From: a virus
Length of the DNA: 64,000 bases
Virus record (IMG/VR): IMGVR_UViG_3300027541_000132
Reading direction: 5' to 3' (one strand)
Position numbers and translations under genes: made by a program
Shown here: positions 48,828 through 57,353 of the stretch, in pieces
Position numbering within the stretch: position 1 is the first letter of the stretch
How the letters are laid out: every line of letters begins with the position of its first letter
Notes under the pieces: generated by a model
Told to the model about the DNA's origin: nothing
Databases searched by the model: none
What the model saw: the letters and a program-made list of their open reading frames with translations, nothing else

Positions 48828-48876
48828 GAGTATTAGATGCTTTTCACATATGACCGAGGCAGTCTTTGCATTTTAT

Positions 48877-48949
48877 AATCGATAGTTGGGATCGAACCAA
48901 CAGTCCATTGCTTAAGAGGCAATTGCGTTACCATTACGCTATATCAAAC
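48877..48949 (-). tRNA. tRNA-Lys (CTT)-like, no encoded CCA, U1·U72
   Basis: T-arm GTTGG/GATCGAA/CCAAC, anticodon stem ATTGC/GCAAT, loop CTCTTAA. The acceptor stem's terminal pair is mismatched. Confidence 0.55.
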
Positions 48950-49598
48950 CTACCGCGATGAGCTGCCTCTGTTGCTCAATAACCTTTTGGATTACTGAAT
49001 ACAACTCACCACATACCTTTTGTCTCGCGGACTACTCAGTGATATTTCACGATCAATGTCCTGCATCAAAACAGTCCACTAACCATTAATATTGCATACA
49101 AGCCCTTAGGAGCGACCCCTTGGACAAATACACTACCCTTTCTCATACCAATTCGCAAGTTGGTTTTGTTAGGAAGTCAGCACCACCCGTTACTTTTCAT
49201 GCACCCTGGTTCCCTTGCGGGCCAGTCGATACACATTCTTTCCCTAACACTTGCTTCATTGTTACATCCACCGGTCTTCTCAGTGAACGCTACCTCGCGG
49301 TAGTGAGCAGGCTTGTTTACATGAACCATTACTGGCGGAGTTGCGTAGGCTTACCTCCTTTGGGTTGATCACTCAACTTATTCTTCGTCAACGGCGAACC
49401 GCCAACAGGATAATAAACTACCCTTAAATTTTTACCATTAAAAAATAACATTACACCCTATGGGATGAAACGTATTTCTGAGTGGAGTTCGATTCTCCTC
49501 ATAAGCCATTGTTCACGGTTTTCTCAGAAGGGTAAGATGGCCTTATCCTTCATAAGTCTATGCGTCCATAGACGATACCCGTCAATGCTATTTCTTAA

Positions 49599-49684
49599 TG
49601 GTGGATGCGGCTGGAGTCGAACCAGCAGTGCCGTAAGGCGGCGGATTTACAGTCCACTGGGGTTACCAATTTTCCTACACATCC
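49599..49684 (-). tRNA. tRNA-Tyr (GTA), type II
   Basis: 86 nt, CCA encoded, T-arm GCTGG/AGTCGAA/CCAGC, anticodon loop CTGTAAA. Confidence 0.75.
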
Positions 49685-49771
49685 ATATCTGCTTGAAATT
49701 TTTAAAGAACTAGGTTAATTTCTTAACTAGTCTCTATTGTATATGAACTTTAGAAACTAGTCAAGACATTT

Positions 49772-49866
49772 TGGCAGTGAGTAAGGGATTCGAACCCTTG
49801 ATCCCCGTTTTTGCAGGAATGCCTTCTTAGCAGGAAGGTGCCTTCGACCAGCTCGGCCAACTCACT
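49772..49866 (-). tRNA. tRNA-Ser (GCT), type II
   Basis: 95 nt, CCA encoded, anticodon stem CCTTC/GAAGG, loop CTGCTAA. Confidence 0.75.
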
Positions 49867-49910
49867 ATATTTGTATTATACGATCAACTGTTAAACAAGT
49901 CAACACCTTT

Positions 49911-50000
49911 TGGCCGAAGCGGTGAGATTCGAACTCACGGACCCTTTCGGATCGTCTGTTTTCAAGACAGGTGCAATAAACCGGACTCTGCCACGCTTCG
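49911..50000 (-). tRNA. tRNA-Ser (TGA), type II
   Basis: 90 nt, CCA encoded, anticodon loop CTTGAAA. Confidence 0.7.
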
Positions 50001-50046
50001 TTGTTTTACTTGTATAATTCGTTGTAGATAGAATCTGCTACAAATG

Positions 50047-50124
50047 TGGTACCCCTGCTCCGATTCGAACGGAGAGAACTTCTCCTTTTGAGAGAGACGA
50101 CTTTACCAATTTGTCCACAGGGGT
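50047..50124 (-). tRNA. Type-I tRNA with anticodon CAA (Leu-family anticodon, short variable arm)
   Basis: CCA encoded, acceptor ACCCCTG/CAGGGGT, T-arm CTCCG/ATTCGAA/CGGAG, anticodon loop CTCAAAA. Confidence 0.55.
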
Positions 50125-50129
50125 ATATC

Positions 50130-50203
50130 TGGTGCTCAAGGAAAGAATCGAACTTTCGATTGTGTCGTACCAAGACACTGGTATACCATTTACCTACAAG
50201 AGC
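50130..50203 (-). tRNA. tRNA-Thr (GGT), acceptor stem with U·U at 5-68 and 6-67
   Basis: CCA encoded, anticodon stem GTGTC/GACAC, loop TTGGTAC. Confidence 0.65.
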
Positions 50204-50205
50204 CT

Positions 50206-50277
50206 TGGCGCCTCTGAGTAGATTCGAACTACTATAACCTGGTTTAGAAGACCTGGCACTGCTCCATCAGCAGAGGC
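50206..50277 (-). tRNA. tRNA-Arg (TCT)
   Basis: CCA encoded, anticodon loop CTTCTAA, one A·A in the anticodon stem. Confidence 0.65.
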
Positions 50278-50278
50278 A

Positions 50279-50355
50279 TGGTACCCTTGGTTGGATTCGA
50301 ACCTACACACAACGGATTTTAAATCCATTCGCATTACCAATTAGCGTACAAGGGC
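50279..50355 (-). tRNA. Type-I tRNA with anticodon TAA (Leu-family anticodon, short variable arm)
   Basis: CCA encoded, anticodon stem ATGGA/TCCGT, loop TTTAAAA, 5-nt variable loop. Confidence 0.55.
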
Positions 50356-50362
50356 ATAATTA

Positions 50363-50438
50363 TGGTGCCGCCCCTTGGGATCGAACCAAGTTCCTCGGTG
50401 CTTCAAACCGGTGCAATGACCACATTTGCTAAAGCGGC
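50363..50438 (-). tRNA. tRNA-Phe (GAA)
   Basis: CCA encoded, T-arm CTTGG/GATCGAA/CCAAG, anticodon loop TTGAAGC. Confidence 0.7.
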
Positions 50439-50442
50439 GATA

Positions 50443-50519
50443 TTTGGGGTGAAGCCGGGAATCGAACCCTGCCTTACTGTTTCACAGACAGCCGTGCGGA
50501 CCACTACACTAGCAACACC
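50443..50519 (-). tRNA. tRNA-His (GTG)
   Basis: Discriminator C73 and an extra 5' G (G-1) are consistent with His. Anticodon loop CTGTGAA. Two U·U mismatches in the acceptor stem. Confidence 0.65.
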
Positions 50520-50521
50520 AT

Positions 50522-50598
50522 TGGCCGGCCCTGAGAGACTCGAACTCCCAACCTCCAGTTTCGAAGACTGGCACTCTAATCCATTGAGTTAAGGACCG
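50522..50598 (-). tRNA. tRNA-Arg (TCG)
   Basis: CCA encoded, anticodon stem CCAGT/ACTGG, loop CTTCGAA. Confidence 0.75.
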
Positions 50599-50605
50599 TT
50601 AAAAT

Positions 50606-50679
50606 TGGCAGGCCTACCAGGACTCGAACCTGGAACGACTGAGTCAAAGTCAGTTGTGTTACCATTACACCATAGGCCA
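50606..50679 (-). tRNA. tRNA-Gln (TTG)
   Basis: CCA encoded, anticodon stem ACTGA/TCAGT, loop CTTTGAC, U1·U72. Confidence 0.7.
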
Positions 50680-50904
50680 ACAGATTGAATTTGTAAGTAG
50701 TTGCCCCATCGTTATAGCAACCATTCACCCATGTATATAAAGCCGGCTGGGACTCGGTACGTCACTTGGGATACTAGTCCAGTTAGCAACCAATCTGCAG
50801 GGATCTTCCGATCCCCCGGGAGTTGAACCCGTCCCCTTTTACTATTAAGGTAGTTCGAACTTACCTACAATAGCGTGACATTCTCTTGCTGACACTTACA
50901 AAAC

Positions 50905-50979
50905 TTGGTGCCCCAGGATGGAATCGAACCACCACACCCTGCTTACAAAACAGGACCTCTACCACTAAGGATACAAGGG
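50905..50979 (-). tRNA. tRNA-Thr (TGT)
   Basis: CCA encoded, anticodon loop TTTGTAA, U6·U67. Confidence 0.7.
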
Positions 50980-50984
50980 CAAAA

Positions 50985-51062
50985 TTGGTCTCCACGGTAC
51001 GATTCGAACGTACAGCCTCCTGACTCCAGATCAGGCCGTCTACCAGATTGACATTACGCAGA
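50985..51062 (-). tRNA. tRNA with atypical anticodon loop UCUGGAG (34-36 = TGG, C33)
   Basis: CCA encoded, T-arm GTACG/ATTCGAA/CGTAC, perfect anticodon stem CCTGA/TCAGG, but C at position 33. Confidence 0.5.
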
Positions 51063-51072
51063 GATAAAAATA

Positions 51073-51147
51073 ATTGCGACCGAAGGACTCGAACCTTCGC
51101 GGTAATCTAGAATGCCCCGGCAAGGCCGGTTAACCCACCATTGTCGC
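51073..51147 (-). tRNA. tRNA-like with non-canonical anticodon arm (CCGGC-CTT-GCCGG hairpin)
   Basis: T-arm GAAGG/ACTCGAA/CCTTC and acceptor TGCGACC/TGTCGCA, with no CCA. The anticodon region forms a 5-bp/3-nt hairpin instead of a 7-nt loop. Confidence 0.35.
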
Positions 51148-51151
51148 AAAT

Positions 51152-51226
51152 TTGGTGGAGGCCGAGGAAATCGAATCCTTCTAGACATCTTCCTTGCAAG
51201 GGAAGACCGTAGCCCACTACTGCCCC
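51152..51226 (-). tRNA. tRNA-Ala (TGC)
   Basis: CCA encoded, perfect anticodon stem CTTCC/GGAAG, loop CTTGCAA. Confidence 0.7.
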
Positions 51227-51303
51227 CAAATTGGTGTTAGTTTCTATACCACCCATTGAAACTAACAAACATTGAGAGAACATGGATGAACCCACAAGAT
51301 CTC

Positions 51304-51378
51304 TATTTGCTCTGGTATAGCGTACGGGGATCGAACCCGCCTAGTCACCTTGAAAGGGTGATGACCTCCCCAGAAGTC
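51304..51378 (-). tRNA. tRNA-Glu (TTC), second copy
   Basis: CCA encoded, anticodon stem TCACC/GGTGA, loop CTTTCAA. Confidence 0.7.
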
Positions 51379-51384
51379 GAACGC

Positions 51385-51458
51385 TATGTAAATTGGTTCC
51401 TGGACCGAGAATTGAACTCAGAATGACCGGTTATCAGCCGATTGTTATACCATTTAAC
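51385..51458 (-). tRNA. tRNA-Ile (GAT)
   Basis: CCA encoded, anticodon stem ATCGG/CCGGT, loop CTGATAA. Confidence 0.8.
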
Positions 51459-51640
51459 TATCCAGGAATAATACTATACAAAAAGAAACTAACGACAATG
51501 CGCTATGCACCCAGAGTCTATAGTTCCTGGCTGTGGTTAGTTTGTTTTTATACACTACCATATGGAAGCACTCTTATGCCTTTTTCGTCATAAGATGGTG
51601 GCCCGTCCTTACTACTGACGCTATGCGACCAGTTAAGAAT

Positions 51641-51715
51641 GCTTTCATATGGTAGGGGCACAGAGAATCGAACTCTGATTTACGGGTTAAAAGCCCGCTA
51701 CTTTAACCATTAAGT
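51641..51715 (-). tRNA. tRNA-Lys (TTT)
   Basis: CCA encoded, T-arm CAGAG/AATCGAA/CTCTG, anticodon loop CTTTTAA. Confidence 0.75.
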
Positions 51716-51718
51716 TAT

Positions 51719-51794
51719 ACCCCCATATGGTCCCTGCTGTGAGATTCGAACTCACACCTCATTGATTAAGAGTCAAGTGCGCTACCATTGACGC
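51719..51794 (-). tRNA. tRNA-Lys (CTT)
   Basis: CCA encoded, T-arm GTGAG/ATTCGAA/CTCAC, anticodon loop CTCTTAA. Confidence 0.65.
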
Positions 51795-51974
51795 TAAACA
51801 GGGTTGTACGTATTGATTTGATTTTACGTGCCAACCCTAGACCATACGGGAGATCTAGAGTGACACTAACGTTTAGCACGTTTCATGCTACTCTCCTTTT
51901 AATATTTTTTCAAAACTTGATACAACACGAACATTATAACTAACACTACAAGTACTGCCATAATATTCTCCTTA

Positions 51975-52064
51975 TGGTCCCCCGTTGAGGAATCGAACCT
52001 CATCCTGGACCTTATCTAGATTAATCGGTTATAAGCCGACCTGCTCTCCATGAGCTAACGGGGG
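51975..52064 (-). tRNA. Type-II (long variable arm) tRNA with apparent anticodon TAT
   Basis: 90 nt, CCA encoded, acceptor CCCCCGT/ACGGGGG, anticodon stem GTCGG/CCGAT, loop CTTATAA. The anticodon and class combination is unusual. Confidence 0.45.
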
Positions 52065-52072
52065 ATATAACC

Positions 52073-52150
52073 TGGAGCAACGGGTCAGATTTGAACTGAC
52101 GGTTTTACGGATTTGCAATCCGTTGCATTGGGCCTCTCTGCCACCGTTGC
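52073..52150 (-). tRNA. tRNA-Cys (GCA)
   Basis: CCA encoded, anticodon stem ACGGA/TCCGT, loop TTGCAAA. Confidence 0.7.
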
Positions 52151-52155
52151 ATTAT

Positions 52156-52230
52156 TGGCGTACCCCCAGGGACTCGAACCCCGACTAGCAGTTTTGGAGA
52201 CTGTCGTGCTGCCATTAACACTAGGGATAC
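52156..52230 (-). tRNA. tRNA-Trp (CCA)
   Basis: CCA encoded, classic anticodon loop CTCCAAA. Confidence 0.8.
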
Positions 52231-52429
52231 ATAACACTCTCTTTCGAAAGTGTGTATTAAAGCATACTACTCATCGGCTACTGCCATTTGATTGTTCGGC
52301 AGTATGCTTTAATACGCTACCTTTTTACACATTCTAGTTATCGCCTAGAACTTACCATCCGGTAGGCCGCCCACATTAAGCCCATGTTTTACGTGCAGGC
52401 AGGGTCGCGTTCCCTATAACACGTTTGAG

Positions 52430-52600
52430 ATTAGTCTTGCTCTACGAGCTCAACTTCTCTCTTGTAAAGTGCTGTGTGATAAGCACGAGCACGATTAAAC
52501 TTTTCTTCGATGAGTTTTTCAAAAGCATCGTCGTCCAGTTCATGCTCACTTAGCACTTTGGCACTTTTCTGTTTTCTAAAATCTTCAAAATTCATTTTCA
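52430..52600 (-). CDS. Small hypothetical protein (56 aa)
   Basis: Product MKMNFEDFRKQKSAKVLSEHELDDDAFEKLIEEKFNRARAYHTALYKREVELVEQD. Below the track cutoff, found by manual translation. Confidence 0.35.
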
Positions 52601-52620
52601 TTTCCAAATCTTACAAAACA

Positions 52621-52649
52621 AAAAACCCTGGGTTTTTAGTCCAGGGTTC
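52621..52649 (-). terminator. Rho-independent terminator
   Basis: AACCCTGG-(9 nt)-CCAGGGTT hairpin followed on the minus strand by TTTTTGTTTTG. Confidence 0.65.
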
Positions 52650-53073
52650 TTAAAAGTTATTGTGTATGTTACTGTTAACTTACACGATCCTCCAAGAACC
52701 CTACGATAATCTCAGGTGTACGATCATTACCTAGACCTAGCCCGACATTACTAAACTGTGACCAATAGGCGGACATACATGCCGGCGCTTTGGCTTGTTT
52801 AGATATCGTTTGTCTATGTAAACTAATCGTTTGCATTTTGTTTCTCTTTTTCTTACCTTCTTAAAAGTTGTAGCGGAATTGCTACTGTCTTTGTATTGTA
52901 ATGCCTTTCAACATCTTTGTCAACATCTTTTTGTCTTTTTTGGACAACCTAATGTTTTGTGGAAAGTGATTGCTTTACAATATTTGTATTATATGAGTAT
53001 TTATAAAACTTGTCAATACCTATGTTGAAATGTGGCGATTTTGCAACATTTTGAAAACCGCCACACTTTTGTA

Positions 53074-53592
53074 TTAACCGTTTAGTACTTTTGCTAGACT
53101 ATTGATCACTGCGGCAATACGTCCGATGTCACGAAGTTGTTCTACGGTGTAGCCTTCCTTCTTCAATGTTTCGTAGTGCGCCTTAACACAGAAATGACAC
53201 TTGCCAACAATACTTGCGGCAAGACTGTATGCTTCAAAGCGAGCCTTGGTAGTTCCGCCATGGCTTGCGATAGCGTTCATGCGTAACTGTGCTGGCAAGC
53301 CCTTTAGTTGCTCATCGTCTGCCATCTCAACATATGGATACCAAACGTTGTTCTGTGCCATAATTGAACCAGCGGTCATCGCGGCATCACGTTCTTTTTC
53401 GTCTGTGATGTTGCTCATGATGAAACTAATCAATTTTCCATTGCCGGTGCTCATAGCCGCGGCCAATGCACAACCTTCTGCTTCTACAACATCTGATAGT
53501 GTACTACGCTTGATTACTGCATCCAGATTTAGTTTTGTGTCCTTGGCGTATTCTGGTAAACCTTCTTTTAATTGATCAACCCATTGTGTCAT
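53074..53592 (-). CDS. ahpD: AhpD-like alkylhydroperoxidase / carboxymuconolactone decarboxylase family protein
   Basis: 'GKCHFCVKAH' matches the AhpD CxxCxxxH redox motif. Confidence 0.7.
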   Translation of the reverse strand: MTQWVDQLKEGLPEYAKDTKLNLDAVIKRSTLSDVVEAEGCALAAAMSTGNGKLISFIMSNITDEKERDAAMTAGSIMAQNNVWYPYVEMADDEQLKGLPAQLRMNAIASHGGTTKARFEAYSLAASIVGKCHFCVKAHYETLKKEGYTVEQLRDIGRIAAVINSLAKVLNG

Positions 53593-54026
53593 AGTGTGTC
53601 TCCTTTAGTTGCTTTGGCTATGCTTTTATAGCCTTTGTAAGTTGGGTGTACGTGATCCGGGCTAGTTTCGTGCTTTCTAGCATCTATTACAAAGTCCTTG
53701 TATTTTTCTGCTACTGCAAGAACTGCCCGTCTCTTATCGTCCTTGATATTAGGTACAATCCAATAAACACGAGTGGCGTCTACTAGTTGTCTTAGACTGT
53801 CTAGTTCCTCCACTGTGTTTATTTTTGCTGTATCGTTTGACCCTAGACTAATGATTACATTTTTTGCCTGTGTAGTGCCCTGAGTGTGTAACACATGACG
53901 ATTAACATAGTCATAACTGTTAATGCCACTCTTAGCACGAGTAACACATTCTGTACGAACTTGTCCTACTCCTACTGCTAGGCTATCGCCTAGGATTAAA
54001 CAATCAAGCATAATTGATCCTATCAA
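53589..54026 (-). CDS. SGNH/GDSL hydrolase
   Basis: 'ILGDSLAVG' (GDS block I) and 'GSND' (block III-like) are present. Confidence 0.65.
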   Translation of the reverse strand: MIGSIMLDCLILGDSLAVGVGQVRTECVTRAKSGINSYDYVNRHVLHTQGTTQAKNVIISLGSNDTAKINTVEELDSLRQLVDATRVYWIVPNIKDDKRRAVLAVAEKYKDFVIDARKHETSPDHVHPTYKGYKSIAKATKGDTL

Positions 54027-54562
54027 AGAGTTTCGCCGCCTACTGTACGGTTACAAGCGCACAACTCACCAGTTTGTAGCGCATCAAGAATACGTAAAGT
54101 TTCTTCTGGGCTACGACCAACGTTCAAGTTGTTGACAGTAACGTGCTGGATAACGTTCTCTGGGTCAACAATAAATGTAGCACGTAGAGCCGCACCTGCT
54201 GGAGCATAAAATACACCCAACTGCTCAATCAATGACAACTCGCCACGCTGTGTGTCTGCAAATTGTGTATGTGTAATTTTCTGTAAGTCTGGGTGTGCTT
54301 TTTGCCATGCGATTTTACAAAACTCGTTATCTGTGCTACCTGTTAGCAATACTGCGTCACGGTCAGCAAAGTCACCTGCTAGTTTATCGTAGGCTACAAT
54401 CTCTGTAGGGCAAACGAATGTGAAGTCCTTTGGGTAGTAAACGATTACTTTCCACTTGCCAGCAAAACTTTCATCTGTAATGTCAAAGAAAGCATCTTCT
54501 GGTTGTCCTGGCTTAACACCAGTAATTGCGAATTTTTCTAATTTATGTCCAACTGTTTTCAT
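54023..54562 (-). CDS. ahpC: Peroxiredoxin (AhpC/Prx family)
   Basis: Peroxidatic Cys motif 'DFTFVCPTEI' and a C-terminal resolving Cys region. Confidence 0.85.
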   Translation of the reverse strand: MKTVGHKLEKFAITGVKPGQPEDAFFDITDESFAGKWKVIVYYPKDFTFVCPTEIVAYDKLAGDFADRDAVLLTGSTDNEFCKIAWQKAHPDLQKITHTQFADTQRGELSLIEQLGVFYAPAGAALRATFIVDPENVIQHVTVNNLNVGRSPEETLRILDALQTGELCACNRTVGGETL

Positions 54563-54698
54563 TTGTTTCTCCTTGTGTGTGTTTGAAAACTATAACAACT
54601 CTTCGTTGTATGTGTATATTATATATCCTATTAAAATGCAAAATCAATAGGTTTTTCCAATAATTATTTTAATAACGCTTATAGGTTTTTTCAATAAC

Positions 54699-54719
54699 AA
54701 AAGGGCCCGAAGGCCCTTT
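54699..54719. terminator. Bidirectional Rho-independent terminator (GGGCC-CGAA-GGCCC)
   Basis: Perfect GC hairpin flanked by A-run and T-run (AAAAGGGCCCGAAGGCCCTTT). A second identical copy lies at 63141-63162. Confidence 0.8.
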
Positions 54720-54735
54720 ATTAATTTTGGTTTGA

Positions 54736-55296
54736 TTAGAAACCGTACTTGTAACCAACACTTACTACGTTACTGTTGATATCACCTTCCTGGCGATCAA
54801 ATCCAAGAAAGGCTGTACCATTTTTAGTAACACCGTAGTCAGCACCAATTCTCCAAGTGCGTGTCATGTAGTTGTCGCCACTGGAGAAACCAGTACGATA
54901 ACGATAACCAGCTCTTAGACCAAAACGATCATTAACTGCAATCTTAACACCTGGTTCAACAGAGTAGTAATCGAAACGATTACCAACTTGCCATTTCTCA
55001 CCGACTGCACCGCGAACATATCCGCTTAGTTTGTCTGTAATACCAACTGTTGGAGTAACACCAACTTCTAGTTTACTAGAGTTTGCACCGTTACCATTTG
55101 TGTACATGTTTTCACCTTTTAGGTCAACACCAACATTTGATGCGGCTTGTGTACCGATAGTAAACTCATAACCTTGTTGGTTGGCTCCTGTGCCACGTGG
55201 ATCTTCGAATTTATATTCCAATCCAACTACGTTACCTGCCGCAGAAGCGACACCGGCAACAGCGGCAAACAGAGTTGCAATAACAAATTTTTTCAT
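54736..55296 (-). CDS. Outer-membrane β-barrel protein (OmpW/OmpA-like) with signal peptide
   Basis: Signal peptide 'MKKFVIATLFAAVAGVASA', alternating β-strand pattern, and a C-terminal 'VGYKYGF' aromatic β-signal. Confidence 0.75.
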   Translation of the reverse strand: MKKFVIATLFAAVAGVASAAGNVVGLEYKFEDPRGTGANQQGYEFTIGTQAASNVGVDLKGENMYTNGNGANSSKLEVGVTPTVGITDKLSGYVRGAVGEKWQVGNRFDYYSVEPGVKIAVNDRFGLRAGYRYRTGFSSGDNYMTRTWRIGADYGVTKNGTAFLGFDRQEGDINSNVVSVGYKYGF

Positions 55297-55431
55297 TTTA
55301 AATTTTCCTTATGTGTAAACCGTACGGCAAATTTACATACCTTCCGTACGGCAATTAAAAGCGATTATACTAAATCACTTTGTATAGTATATATAAGTGT
55401 AAATCAGTAGTCAATATATTTTAGTGCCAAA

Positions 55432-55971
55432 TCAACTATATTCAAACGGTGTACTTGGGTGTCCATAGTCGACATGTAAATTGGATCCTTTAGTGTCATC
55501 GTATTGTGTGTAGTACGACTCGTTTGGTTTAACTTCTCTCCAATCATCATACTTGAGTTGGGCGAACGTTACTTGTTTCCTATCCAAAAGATCACAAATA
55601 ATAAATGTACTAGTACATCTACCTTGAATGTATTTCATAGGACCGTGCTTGTATTCGTTAGCCAACAATGCTTTGTGCATTTCGCTATGAGGTCTAAACA
55701 TAATTCTAGTAATACCTAACTTTTGGTTACGTAGTCTAAATTTATCTATTAACGTGAGTTCGGAGATTTGAGCATTGTTTTCATCGTCGACACGTAATAG
55801 TACGTTCTTGACTTTAATGCTACCTTTTGTATGACTGTTGTCTGGTGTTTCCTTGGTGCTCCAAGCAACTGTACAGTCTACGTGATTGACATATAATGTC
55901 TCCCCATGAAATTTTAAGACCCACATAGGTATGGTCTGATCTTCTAAGTGTTTTTTGTTAAAATGGAACAC
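55432..55971 (-). CDS. Hypothetical protein (179 aa)
   Basis: ORF-track entry. Confidence 0.45.
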   Translation of the reverse strand: MFHFNKKHLEDQTIPMWVLKFHGETLYVNHVDCTVAWSTKETPDNSHTKGSIKVKNVLLRVDDENNAQISELTLIDKFRLRNQKLGITRIMFRPHSEMHKALLANEYKHGPMKYIQGRCTSTFIICDLLDRKQVTFAQLKYDDWREVKPNESYYTQYDDTKGSNLHVDYGHPSTPFEYS

Positions 55972-56052
55972 TAGGTCCTTACAAGCATATTCAATCTATT
56001 TCATTTTCGTTTCCTTTAGTTAAAGGGGGACTTTCACCCCCCGTGTTTTTAT

Positions 56053-56811
56053 TTACGCAAATATTTCTAATGCAGTACCGCATTCTGAACAGAACTTAGC
56101 GTGAGCTTTATTCTGCTTGCCGCAAGTTACGCATTTTGGTTTGGCTTTAACTGTCACTGCCTTTTCAACAGGTTTGTTATCTCCCAAGTCGCCTACTAGT
56201 CTCAGCACAATATTGTGTACTGTAGATTCTAGTGCGCCAACTGTGACATGTTGGAATGACTGAGTGGACTTGCTACCTGGAACAGTAATGCCGGTTTCAT
56301 TTTTAAAACTTGCGGCACTTGCTGTTACATTCATACTGTTAAGACTGGCATTGGTAGAGTAAGTAGCACCCATCGGGCTTGCCCAATCTCCTGTACTACC
56401 ACTAATACCCCTAGTAAGAGTAGTTGAGCTCCAAGTAGGAATGTTTAGAATAGGGCGTGGAATTTCAAATTGATATTCAACACGGATTAACCCGTCTTCT
56501 AGTTTGATACCACGTGGACCATCTTCAATTGCACTTGTGCGTTCGATAAACTTAAACTTGTTACCTTCGGAGAGATTGCCGTTTTTAATCCAACGCTCTA
56601 AGTCGACAGTCCGACCCGGGTCAATGACCAATCCGCCAGGGACGACATTCTCTCCGTCGATAAACACATTTACGACAGCACGAGTTGTATTAAGATTTTT
56701 GAGTAAGATACTATATTCGCTAGCGAACGGAATATAGACTGTGTCCTTGAATTCACGGAGCACTTTGCCTTTTGATTTGATAGAGGCTACTAGTTTTTGA
56801 TTATACATCAT
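56053..56811 (-). CDS. Hypothetical protein with C-terminal zinc ribbon (252 aa)
   Basis: C-terminus 'CVTCGKQNKAHAKFCSECG'. Confidence 0.5.
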   Translation of the reverse strand: MMYNQKLVASIKSKGKVLREFKDTVYIPFASEYSILLKNLNTTRAVVNVFIDGENVVPGGLVIDPGRTVDLERWIKNGNLSEGNKFKFIERTSAIEDGPRGIKLEDGLIRVEYQFEIPRPILNIPTWSSTTLTRGISGSTGDWASPMGATYSTNASLNSMNVTASAASFKNETGITVPGSKSTQSFQHVTVGALESTVHNIVLRLVGDLGDNKPVEKAVTVKAKPKCVTCGKQNKAHAKFCSECGTALEIFA

Positions 56812-56890
56812 GGTTCTTCCTTTTTACGGCGTACACTCTAAACGCCTAGTTATTAAAGAGTGTTAGTGTAGGACCACCCTACAAATTTAT

Positions 56891-57115
56891 TTATATCGGC
56901 ACTTCGATCAGTTGAAAAATTCTCCAATCTCTGCGATCAGCCACTTTTTTCTTCTTGTTCTCTTCCTGAACATACTTCAAGAAGCTCTGTGCCTGTTCCA
57001 TAGTACCGTAGAAGATGTCATTACCGTAAGCATAAGTTCCTACCGAGCCGGTTTCGCCTTCCCAGTAATGTCCTACTGCGTAGTTAAACTGTTTTGCTTG
57101 TTTCTTCTTTGCCAT
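56891..57115 (-). CDS. Hypothetical protein (74 aa)
   Basis: ORF-track entry. Confidence 0.4.
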   Translation of the reverse strand: MAKKKQAKQFNYAVGHYWEGETGSVGTYAYGNDIFYGTMEQAQSFLKYVQEENKKKKVADRRDWRIFQLIEVPI

Positions 57116-57332
57116 GATTGTCTTTCATATATGGCGGAATCTTTTCAGATTCTTCTTGTGTCATAAACCGTTGTGGTTCATGTGCCCAATGTGGCATCCA
57201 TGACCAACCCCACGACTTCCAATATTTGGCAACTAAGTTATTAGCGATAAGAATACCGCCTAGGATTATCAAGAATCCTAAAACTGTTAAAACTGATCCG
57301 GCTAAAAATACTGCCGCCTGATCCATATCCAT
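57084..57332 (-). CDS. Small membrane protein (82 aa)
   Basis: Hydrophobic segment 'AVFLAGSVLTVLGFLIILGGILIA'. Confidence 0.45.
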   Translation of the reverse strand: MDMDQAAVFLAGSVLTVLGFLIILGGILIANNLVAKYWKSWGWSWMPHWAHEPQRFMTQEESEKIPPYMKDNHGKEETSKTV

Positions 57333-57353
57333 ACTACTTCTCTTTCTTAAAAA

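Noticed and set aside
49120-50592. Several 60-80-aa plus-strand ORFs in the tRNA array (49120-49368, 49465-49713, 50046-50237, 50362-50592)
   Set aside because: They are read-throughs of tRNA genes on the opposite strand and lack RBS and coding character.
50780-50900. Possible degenerate tRNAs (GGGATC-TTCC-GATCCC hairpin, CGGG-AGTTGAA-CCCG T-arm-like)
   Set aside because: No matching acceptor strand or anticodon arm could be found. They are left as unassigned hairpins.
51227-51300. 'TGGTGTTAGTTTC...GAAACTAAC' resembling a tRNA 3' end
   Set aside because: It forms a simple 9-bp hairpin with a 13-nt loop. It has no T-arm or cloverleaf.
53030-53066. GTGGCG...CGCCAC inverted repeat as a terminator for the ahpD-like gene
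   Set aside because: The stem is imperfect and no clear U-tract follows on the transcribed strand. It was not called.
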